Source: Macrostomum lignano (lineage: Eukaryota). From it: 48,051 bases of DNA. Below are positions 12,125-23,303 of this stretch, one piece after another. A program made the position numbers and the translations under genes. Every line of letters begins with the position of its first letter. Positions within the stretch are counted from its first letter, which is position 1. The DNA is taken from contig NIVC01003203.1 in NCBI GenBank assembly GCA_002269645.1, forward strand, positions 122,379-170,429, in the 5' to 3' direction. Below the pieces are notes generated by a model that had not been told where the DNA came from, ran no database searches, and was given only the letters and a program-made list of their open reading frames with translations.

Positions 12125-15100
12125 CTGAAAACAAATTGCATAATTTAGATTTTATTATTTGCGAGAAAGGATGTACAGCCCTATACAATGACTAGAGGGT
12201 TGAAGGGGTCTACTGAAGGGCCAGAGGGTTGCCGTATGGCCGTAGCCTAGTGATCTGGTGCGGCGCTCTGATGTGCCAGCGGCCCAGGCTCGATTCCAAG
12301 CAGGGGCGTAGCCAGAGGGGGGGGGGCAGGGGGGCCGTGGCCCCCCCATAATCACCAACTCTGGCCTTGGCGCCCCCCTCCCCCTAAAAGAAACTGGCGC
12401 CCCCCCCCTAAAAGAAACTGGCGCCCCCCCCCTAAAAGAAACTGGCGCCCCCCCCCTATAAGAAACTGGCGCCCCCCCCCCTATAAGAAACTGGCGCCCC
12501 CCCCTAAAAGAAACTGGCGCCCCCCTATAAGAAGCTGGCGCCCCCTAACTCACGGCCCCCCCAATCAAAATTCCTGGCTACGCCCCTGATTCCAAGTGCA
12601 GTCACATTACCGGTAATTTGAGGCTAAATTGGAATCTCGGCTTGGCTCTGCTCGTGCAATTAACGGCCTTGAGGGCCAACCCCCCAAGGCACAGTGAAGT
12701 GTACATGCCTAACGATAAAATAAAGTTAGGGCCGCTGTACACTCCTGTGTGAGTGCGTGCCTGTGCGTATGACTGCGTACGTATCCGCGCGCTTGTGTGC
12801 CTGCTCAGGGGAGTCGGCGGAATGGGCAGTAATGCCTCTCATCGATTGTGGGACAATGTCGCTTAAAGTGCGCCAGGGTGCACACAACCCCTGCCTCTAA
12901 CTAAAAAGGGTTGCAGTGAGTGATCTACTGAAGGGACCACAGTGTTACAGAAGGACAGAAGTAGTGAGCGAAGACAGCAATCAGAGCTTAAAGCACCTCT
13001 CCCTCGGTGTTGTACAACGAGGTGTTGATGTTGGCGCCGACGCCCCAGCTGGACTCAGCAGCTTCAAGGTCGTCGCTGCCGGGCGGCTTCAGTCCGCGAG
13101 CCCAGATCTGCAATGAGACGGACGGACGCTTGAATAATGGCTAATAAATACTTCGGCACGAAAGAGATGGATCTGAACAGTTGACCTAGGTGACCAAGGA
13201 TAAATTTTAGCAAAAATGCTAAGCAGTCAATCATTACTGTTATTGACTACAGCTGGCCTAATTGGCAGATGTGCAACCAACAGCTCAGACGCAGCTATTG
13301 CGCGCCGCATCTGAAGGCTGCGTACGGCTGTTCAATCAAAGAACTGGGGGGTTGCAACACAAAACCTCAATTACCCCCAGCTAACGCTGGCACCCATTTT
13401 AAAGCTGGGGGTGAACTGAAGCAATGCAGACTTAAGTGTCTTGCTCAAGGACACAAATTGTTCCAGATTGGGTTGAGAATCGAACCCCCGAATTTTCAGT
13501 TTTGAGTCGGACACTCTAGCCACTAGACTACAACCCCTCACTAGACTACAACCCTCACTAGGCTACAACCCTCACTAGGCTACAACCCTCACTAGGCTAC
13601 AACCCCTCACTAGGCTACAACCCTCACTAGGCTACAACCCTCACTAGGCTACAACCCTCACTAGGCTACAACCCTCACTAGGCTACAACCCCTCACTAGG
13701 CTACAACCCCTCACTAGGCTACAACCCTCACTAGGCTACAACCCCTCACTAGGCTACAACCCCTCACTAGGCTACAACCCTCACTAGGCTACAACCCTCA
13801 CTAGGCTACAACCCTCACTAGGCTACAACCCCTCACTAGGCTACAACCCTCACTAGGCTACAACCCTCACTAGGCTACAACCCTCACTAGACTAAAACCC
13901 ACAGTACTTTTAAGGGGGTTTTAGCCTAAGCAGTCAAACAGTGGGACTAAAATGTACAGCTTAATTACACTCAGAGGAAAATTTTTAACGCACCCGGATG
14001 TTCTTGTGCGGGCCGTCGCCCAGCACGACACCGTTGGGCACGGTGAACTTGATGACTTGTCGGCCGTTGTCGATGTTACGCAGCAGTCGCCAACCGCTGA
14101 TGTCCTCCTTCTGCAGCCAGAGAGACCAATTTTACAATTCAAAGCGGGAAAAATGGAATAAATAAATAAAATCAAAGATTTACACTCGCCTTCTTGCCGG
14201 TGTTCTCAAGCAGGATGTACTTTCCGTCGGCTGAGCACTCCTGGATGCTGACGTTGCCCTTGGCGGTGCGCTGGTAGGTGGTCTTAGCCGACATCTCGCC
14301 CTTGATCAGGCTCACTAAAGTGATCGTAGAATGCAGCGTGTAGTTAAGCTAATTTGTTAGAAATCGGTATTTTGAATTTTTATACTGTAAATGCAGTCCG
14401 CTGCTGTGTCTACTCACTCTGCTGCTTGTCTGCAATGTGCGGGGTGACGTGGGGTGGGAAAGACCGTTATTTTAATCACACAATGCTTTACAGTTTGCAT
14501 TATTAGCAATAGTAAAGTTCGACGAAGATGTTTTAATAAATTATTGTCCCGCTTGCCGCTAACTCACTTTGTCCCTGGTGCATGGCCTGCTGTTCCACCG
14601 CAAAGGAGCGACTCTCCACAGTAGAAGACTTTTGCGACATCAGTTCCTGCGTCCGATGGTGCTGATTGATTCTGGAGAAAGAAGAATAGGGAGATGCGAT
14701 TGATGGACTACATTCATGTAACACGATGGACTGCCGTGATTGAGCAATATTCATGAAGGAATGCCTAACCGGGTCTCCTCTCCTTCCAGAAGCTTCCTGT
14801 ATGCGGCGATCTCCAGTTCGAGACTCAGCTTCATATCCATGAGCGTCTGGAGCTCTTTGAGGTACTCCTCCAGAGTGGCCTGCGTGTTGGCGAGATCCGT
14901 GCGCAGGCGGCCCTTCTCCATCTCGCATTCGCGCTCAGCCTCCTCCATCTCGCGTCGGAGCTCTTCGAGCTCGCGCTCGAGCTGTGCGTTGCGCGCCTCC
15001 AGCTCCGGGATGCGATTGCGCGCGTCGGTCATCTGACCTTTGATGCGCTTATTCTCCTCGCGCAGATGGGACAGCTCCATGTTGTCCCGGGTGTTTGTAG

Positions 15101-17434
15101 TACGCGCCTCCTGCACCTTCATGCTGTACTGGGACTCGATCTCGGAGCGCATGACGTCCATCTTGTTGTCGTACTCGCGCTGGATCTCGTGCAGCGCCTG
15201 GGCCATTTCGTTCTTCCAGAATTCGCGGTTCTCGCTAGTGGTGTCACGGTAGGCCAGAGCGGCGAGCTCCTTCAGCTCCTGGAGAGGACGGTTTTCATGT
15301 ATGCTTTATTGACATTATGACATCTCTTCAAATGCTTCGGGTCGCTATTTTATGAACATAAGGTAATACTCATTTAAACGAGTGATGTAAATTTTGGTAT
15401 ACAATTATACTGCGAACCCTGAACGGAGAGATTTGGAGCCTTGTTTTAGTTTTCGGGTGATATTTAATGAGGTGGTGGATTATTACGACGAGGTCTTCTA
15501 GTCTGGTACCGTCAAGTCTGGTGTACAAGCTAATCTGATGTTATTGAGGCATGGTGTGGTGAGATCTAGCGTGATGACATTTGGTGTGATGAGGTCTGGT
15601 GTGATGAGGTCTGGTGTGATGAGGTCTGGTGTGATGAGGTCTGTTGTGATGAGGTCTGGTGTGATGAGGTCTGGTGTGATGAGGTCTGGTGTGATGAGGT
15701 CTGGTGTGATGAGGTCTGGTGTGATGAGGTCTGGTGTGATGAGGTCTGGTGTGATGAGGTCTGGTGTGATGAGGTCTGTTGTGATGAGGTCTGGTGTGAT
15801 GAGGTCTGGTGTGATGAGGTCTGGTGTGATGAGGTCTGGTGTGATGAGGTCTGGTGTGATGAGGTCTGGTGTGATGAGGTCTGGTGTGATGAGGTCTGGT
15901 GTGATGAGGTCTGGTGTGATGAGGTCTGGTGTGATGAGGTCGGGTGTGATGAGCTTTATTGCAGTATTATTAGATAAGAGATTAGATATTAGATAGATTC
16001 GCTACTATATAGAGGGAAGCTCACGTTGCGAGTTTTTCAGCCGCTCCAGTGTCCCACTTACCGACTCGTGGATCTGCTTCATAAACTCCAGCTGCTCTCT
16101 AAGCGATTGGGCCTCATTCTCGGCGTTGATGTGATTCAGCGTCTCCGCATCCAGATCCTGCGAGGGAATCGAAGCGCTGTGAATAGCGCACGCTCGTATT
16201 TCATAACATAAAAATAATGCACTCCTGGATTTTAGAGCCAAGCATCCGAAATCGCACTAACTGACCCCTCGCAGCCTGTTGACTTCATCCCGCAGCCGCT
16301 TGATCTCCTTCTGATCGCGGCTGCGCTCCTCGTCGAAGGTGGCCACCCGGCGGCGCAGCAGCGAGATCTCGCCGTCATAGTCGGCCAGCTGCTGGTTGAG
16401 CTTGTCGATGGTCTCCCTGTCCACCTGGTGCTGCCTGTTGGCCTCGTCCAGGCTGCAGATTTTAAATAAAGAGTATCAGTCCTGTGATAAATCTCGAATG
16501 CTCGAATGTGGCTACTCATATACGATCAGTAGTGCGGTGCGATCTGCTTTTAAACGACATGACTTGTTACCTGTTACAGAAGACACGAGCCAGAGTATTT
16601 TAGAGTTTTTAATTCAAGAATAGCTAGTAAATTTATAGACTTTTCAGTCTGAAAAAACCAAATACCAAGAATTAAACTCGCTGTACCACTTACAGAACTT
16701 GCAGCTCATTCAGCTGATCCTCCAGCGACGAGATTCGAACCTCGGCCTCGGCCTTCTGCTTCTCGGAATCGTCCAGCAGTTTTCTCAGCTGGGCCAGCTC
16801 GGTCTCGTAGGTTTGCTTCACTCGCTCAGTCTCCTTGCCCCAGCGGTCCTTCAGCTGCTGCAGCTCGTTGGACAACTTCTTGTTCTGGGCCTCCAGGAAG
16901 CGGACCTGCGACAAGGAGAGAGACGCAGAGAGGAAGAGGCGGCTGCCAAACCATTCAAATCAAAGCTCTAGAAAATCCGCGCAAAACATTTCCTAACCTT
17001 TTCAATATAGTTGGCAAACCGCTCGTTCAACTCCTGCATGTCCTTCTTCTCCTTCTCGCGGCCGTTCAGCATGTTGTTGACTTCGGCGTTGGTCTGCTGG
17101 ATGCCCGATGCCGAGGCCATGCTCCGCGTCACCCGGACGCTCTTCACGGAGTCTACAGTGTCGCCCCGACCAATGCCGAAGCCCGGAAGAGTCCGGTTGA
17201 TGACAACCTGAGGAAGGAGGAGGTTTCCCTGATACTTTTTTGTTACAGTATGGGACCTTGGCTCACAAGGATAGCCTAGTATCTGTCGAGCTCTTCATCA
17301 CAAACAGGCAGCTAGCATGAAAATCGATAATAGCTAGTTGGACTCACCGTCTTGGGCGCCGAGATCGGACCTCGGGTGCCGCCCGACGTCTGCATCGAGT
17401 ACCGAGTCGTCTTGGTGGTTGTCTTGCTAGCCAT
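12080..17434 (-). CDS. cytoplasmic intermediate filament protein, invertebrate (lamin-like) type with long coil 1b and lamin-tail domain; about 600 aa; no CaaX
   Basis: Exons 17348-17434, 16998-17207, 16694-16905, 16266-16452, 16062-16157, 14770-15278, 14568-14671, (14418-14429), 14190-14314, 13994-14110, 12997-13107, 12080-12124. Without the microexon they sum to 1803 nt, one open frame. IF signature motifs ELNERFANYIEKVRFLEAQN and LELEIAAYRKLLEGEETR; LTD TYQRTAKGNVSIQEC...ISGWRL...IWARG...WGVG. Ends TQKTVYSAN* (no CaaX, so not a nuclear lamin). Confidence 0.93.
12242..12893 (+). mobile_element. tRNA-derived SINE family B, copy 1 (interrupted by a hAT MITE)
   Basis: A-box-like TAGCCTAGTGATCTGG, B-box GGCTCGATTCC; body aligns in reverse to 28697-29048. 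Confidence 0.75.
12301..12588. mobile_element. hAT-type MITE with internal ~20-bp repeats
   Basis: 15-bp TIR CAGGGGCGTAGCCAG/CTGGCTACGCCCCTG; perfect 8-bp TSD ATTCCAAG; empty site present in the other SINE-B copy. Confidence 0.92.
12997..13107 (-). CDS. IF exon 10 (LTD)
   Basis: IWARGLKPPGSDDLEAAESSWGVGANINTSLYNTEGE; CAG acceptor, GTGCTT donor. Confidence 0.88.
13243..13537 (-). mobile_element. SINE family A, copy 2 (IF intron)
   Basis: Near-full alignment by eye to copies 1 and 3; its 5' end runs into a tandem array. Confidence 0.82.
13521..13893. repeat. 17/18-bp minisatellite (CACTAGGCTACAACCC[C]T) derived from the SINE 5' end
   Basis: About 21 units; the first unit overlaps the SINE head. 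Confidence 0.93.
13994..14110 (-). CDS. IF exon 9 (LTD)
   Basis: KEDISGWRLLRNIDNG...KNIR; CAG acceptor (NAGNAG), GTGCGT donor. Confidence 0.9.
14190..14314 (-). CDS. IF exon 8 (lamin-tail domain start)
   Basis: TAG acceptor; MSLIKGEMSAKTTYQRTAKGNVSIQECSADGKYILLENTGKK. Donor is either GC (AAG|GCGAGT) or GT 6 nt further on. Confidence 0.88.
14418..14429 (-). CDS. candidate 12-nt microexon of the IF gene (adds NKQQ)
   Basis: C-rich tract + TTGCAG|ACAAGCAGCAGA|GTGAGT; symmetric phase 1-1; frame-preserving. Confidence 0.55.
14568..14671 (-). CDS. IF exon 7 (rod-tail linker)
   Basis: TTCTTTCTCCAG acceptor, GTGAGT donor; phase 2 to 1; needed to keep the frame. Confidence 0.85.
14770..15278 (-). 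CDS. IF exon 6 (coil 2)
   Basis: ELKEL...LELEIAAYRKLLEGEETR; CAG acceptor, GTTAGG donor. Confidence 0.94.
15583..15953. repeat. 15-bp minisatellite (GGTGTGATGAGGTCT), about 25 units, IF intron 5
   Basis: Direct reading. Confidence 0.96.
16062..16157 (-). CDS. IF exon 5
   Basis: DLDAETLNHINAENEAQSLREQLEFMKQIHES; CAG acceptor, GTAAGT donor. Confidence 0.92.
16266..16452 (-). CDS. IF exon 4 (coil 1b)
   Basis: TGCAG acceptor, GTCAGT donor; LDEANRQHQVDRE...RLRG; phase 2 to 0. Confidence 0.9.
16694..16905 (-). CDS. IF exon 3
   Basis: VRFLEAQNKKL...; CAG acceptor, GTAAGT donor; phase 0 to 2. Confidence 0.93.
16998..17207 (-). CDS. IF exon 2 (head and coil 1a start)
   Basis: CAG acceptor, GTTAGG donor; encodes EKEKKDMQELNERFANYIEK. 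Confidence 0.92.
17348..17434 (-). CDS. IF exon 1 (MASKTTTK...SAPKT)
   Basis: ATG at 17434; GTGAGT donor; 87 nt, phase 0. Confidence 0.8.
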
Positions 17435-17889
17435 GGCTCCGCCGAGAGTTGTACCAGATGAGAAAGAACCGATGAAGCGCACGAGAGTTTGGATGCCAGC
17501 GTGGGTTACCAACTGGAAGCTTGTGATAAGTTTTATAATCGCAAGAAAATCGTGGGAACGCCTGGAACACTAGCGGCGTTTTAGGCCCATGAGAAGAATT
17601 CAGCACCCGGTCTCAAAGGTATGGATCGCTTCTACTGGCTCGGCCGAGCTCGCGGCCGCGCCCAGTCCGGCCTGAGAAAGCAGGGCGAGGGCAAGGCGCT
17701 GAGCAGCTGCAGCGGAGGATCGCACCCATTCTGTCCGAGTTTGCATAAGCTGAACTGGCGAAACTAAATTAAGTTTACGACTTGGTTGCTTACTTACTAC
17801 TGGTGGGGGGTGGGGGGGGGGGCGCAGGCACCGCGATCAGACCGCGAGGCCCTATCGCAACCTAACCCCCCAAGGTAAAAGAATCCAAG

Positions 17890-18480
17890 GCTTAACCCTG
17901 GGAGTGCTAGTAGTCAACAGTTCAAAGGGGAGCCATCGGTGACCTCATCATCGGTGACCAAAATCTCAGACGAAGGCGCGAAGATCACGGATGTTGTTCG
18001 GGGTGGTCGAGGTTTGCCGCGCCTTATTGAAGCAAGGACAGAAGGTGACGTGATGCTCCGCGGTCTCCTTTCCTACGCCACAGAAAAGACAGGTAGGAGG
18101 GCAACCGGTTTGCAACGAGATATGTCTCTGGAAGAATCCATGGCCTGTTAGGACTATGCACATCTCCCTGAGGTCGGTTCTTGTAAGTGAAATCAGATAA
18201 TCAGAGACTTTCCAGTTCAGGTTAGGCATGGCAGAACGAGTCTGACTGTCTGGAACGAGAACAAGGTTCACATCGACATCCAGTGGGTTGCTGTCTCGAC
18301 TAGTGATGGCAAGCCCCTGGAAGCCCCTGCTGGCGGAAGTTTAGGACTTGTAAAACCTTTCTTGTTGAAGCAGTCCCGAACGTTAGCTGGGCTGACAATG
18401 ACTGAGAAACCCAGAGTCGTCAACGCGAATTCAAGCGCTTGAAGGTTAAGCACCCTGGAAAGAAACTTATGTCTTAAAAT
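17890..18480 (-). mobile_element. 5'-truncated, degenerate non-LTR retrotransposon (LINE) 3' fragment, I/R1/LOA-type C-terminus
   Basis: [10 protein letters not shown]...[21 protein letters not shown] matches the LTGH + C-x2-C-x8-H-x4-C knuckle of LINE ORF2 C-termini; the upstream frame is broken. Boundaries approximate. Confidence 0.7.
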
Positions 18481-19095
18481 AGGCAAATCGTGATTCGTGA
18501 TACTGTAGCCTGCATGTACATGTAAATGAAGTTATTAATTGGTAATTCTGGTGATAGCCTGCTTGTACATGGAGGTTTTAATAGGGAAATTGTGATAAGC
18601 CTGTAAGGAAATTACATACGAGCGTAAAGATCTTAAGGCAATTGTGATAGCAAGAACAATATGAGCAAATATGTAACGCAACACAATAGTTGCTTTTAGT
18701 AGCAGTTTCATCTTGCTCTGAGTGCCTCTTCGCGCGACCAAATATGGTAAATAATAAGTTCCACTGTTCCCATCGCGCAAGGGCGTTGTTGAGCTCGCAA
18801 ACTTGAGTCAAAATTGAGAGAAAAGCGACACCCGGTTCTCACGCCAATAGCCTACAGGAGCAGAAAGATCCGTCACTATACACGAAGAAATCCAAATTGC
18901 AACACTCGCAGTTTTGCTGTGCAGCTGCAGGCCCAAATAATTCTCACAGAAACCTATTGTAACTAAATCTGAATGGCCGCCAAAACCCAGCTCCCACGAC
19001 ATCAATAGCCCCACCCGCTAATTATTAAACAAAGGCCTGCTTTTACTACTAAAACTGCATTGCAAGCAGTCTAGGATAAGATAATCCTACAAAAG

Positions 19096-19991
19096 ATGCC
19101 AGTTCACCCAGCAACAGGCCTGTACTCAACTGTATCGATGCCAGTTGACCCAGCAACAGGCCTGTACTCAACTGTATCGATGCCAGTTCACCCAGCAACA
19201 GGCCTGTACTCAACTGTATCGATGCCACTTCACCCAGCAACAGGCCTGTACTCAACTGTATCGATGCCAGTTCACCCAGCAACAGGCCTGTACTCAACTG
19301 TATCGATGCCAGTTCACCCAGCAACAGGCCTGTACTCAACTGTATCGATGCCACTTCACCCAGCAACAGGCCTGTACTCAACTGTATCGATGCCACTTCA
19401 CCCAGCAACAGGCCTGTACTCAACTGTATCGATGCCAGTTGACCCAGCAACAGGCCTGTACTCAACTGTATCGATGCCAGTTCACCCAGCAACAGGCCTG
19501 TACTCAACTGTATCGATGCCAGTTCACCCAGCAACAGGCCTGTACTCAACTGTATCGATGCCAGTTCACCCAGCAACAGGCCTGTACTCAACTGTATCGA
19601 TGCCAGTTGACCCAGCAACAGGCCTGTACTCAACTGTATCGATGCCAGTTGACCCAGCAACAGGCCTGTACTCAACTGTATCGATGCCAGTTCACCCAGC
19701 AACAGGCCTGTACTCAACTGTATCGATGCCAGTTCACCCAGCAACAGGCCTGTACTCAACTGTATCGATGCCAGTTCACCCAGCAACAGGCCTGTACTCA
19801 ACTGTATCGATGCCAGTTCACCCAGCAACAGGCCTGTACTCAACTGTATCGATGCCAGTTCACCCAGCAACAGGCCTGTACTCAACTGTATCGATGCCAG
19901 TTCACCCAGCAACAGGCCTGTACTCAACTGTATCGATGCCAGTTCACCCAGCAACAGGCCTGTACTCAACTGTATCGATGCCAGTTGACCC
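19096..19991. repeat. 42-bp minisatellite (ATGCCAGTTCACCCAGCAACAGGCCTGTACTCAACTGTATCG), about 21 units, intergenic
   Basis: Direct reading; only two recurrent variant positions. Confidence 0.96.
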
Positions 19992-21639
19992 CATTAAATT
20001 CCCTGAACGAAGCAATCAGCTCTGAGCTAAAATAGACAACAATTCTGAAATGCCAAAGAGGAAAACAAAAGCAAGGAGCTTAGCAACAATCCAAATTTCA
20101 CATTAAACAGCAGATTTTTGATTGCTTAATTCAATTTAATATTTTTTCGCGTTGTGTTCCTTTTGCATATTTGAGCAAAAGTGCGCTTGCGCAGTGGGCT
20201 TAAAAATGATTTATTGTATTTTTAGCGAGACACACAAGGAGATACAGAGAAAGAGAGCGAAGTGAATTAGCTTGCTTGGTTTTGACACTGAACGCTTGAT
20301 AATATTTATTGAGGCTGAAGGGAGCTAATTGAAACTTGTTTATAAGCATTTCAGCAACACTATTAGCTATATATATATATATGCAAAAGTCTAAGCCTAG
20401 AAAAAGACAATTAAAGCGAGCAGGCCAACATTTAAGCTTGGCGATACTTTAACAAAATATTTAGATAATAATAATAAATAATTAGGCATGCTTGCTAATG
20501 GTAGCTTTGCTTAACATTATTGAATGTTAGGTATAAATATAATTTTATCAATATAGAAATATTAGAGACGTGATCTCTCTTTTGCAGGTAAAAAAACAAC
20601 AGCAACAGAAACCAGGGAGTGCTACATAATACTCGGGTTTTAGGGTGGCAGTCTGCATAAGGTGAAGCCTTAAGCGAGGGTCGGATGAATTACAAGCACA
20701 GCAGATAACTGAAGCAGGTTTTGCATAGATACATAAATCAATACGAGGGCAGTTCAGAAAGCAGACAACCATTTGGATTACCCTTTTCCCAGTCTATTTC
20801 AACAAAACCGATATGCAATTTTGAATTTTTACACTGTTAGACACACCAATTTAAAGTTTCTTTTTTAGACAAGTCAACATCCCACACATTAGATGTCTAT
20901 GCATTCGTTGTCTTTGAGCAATGCTTTTAAACGAGTCTCATACTTTCTTCACCATGATTTTCGAGTTTAACCGTCCTGAGTGATTAAGATGTCCTTGTCT
21001 CTTATGCTACTAATCTAAGTTGAAGCTAACGGTGAGCTGCAAATCGCTACTTTCCGGACATCTCTCGTAAAATAAATAGAAAAACAGCAATGATTCTTTT
21101 TAATTGCCCATGCGTCTTACATATACTACTCGAACTTAACTGGCCTTTGCTAGTTTAGCGTATTGTCATTATTAATTATATTATTGACCAACTAGTAAGT
21201 CTAGGAACCGAATGTTTAGGAAATTTCTGAAGGCCCCTTTAACATGAGCCACTTCGAAGCATCATTTATCAGATTCCTTCATCCCAGGTGCTCAGCCTGC
21301 AATTTAGCCCGGTGATGATGCAGTGAAACAGAAGTCCGCACGGGTTCTCTGTAATTCCCAATGCCTATTCATAGGGTTCATAATGACGCATCTAAGCACA
21401 GAAATAATTAGGCCTGCCGCCTTCTACCTTTTAGAAGGAAAAAATAAACAGAACCCGTTTATTAGTATCCAAGGCCGTCCCCGGCCACTCGCTTAACTAG
21501 CACTCGGCGCACACGGGGATGCGGCGGTAAGGGCATTATCATAATCATTTTTAAACTATAATCCGCTAAGCTTAGTGTCAATGCGCGAGTAACTATAGAT
21601 TAGCTATACCATAGTAAAAGTTTATTTAGCAGCACTAAG

Positions 21640-23303
<1,664 letters not shown>

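Noticed and set aside
15583-15953. C/D-box snoRNA cluster (GTGATGA in every unit)
   Set aside because: No CTGA D box within the units, and 15-bp units are far too short.
12080-17434. Nuclear lamin
   Set aside because: No C-terminal CaaX and no clear basic NLS between rod and LTD, consistent with an invertebrate cytoplasmic IF.
19049-20035. Three ~300-aa ORFs on both strands
   Set aside because: They arise from a 42-bp tandem repeat that is open in several frames at once.
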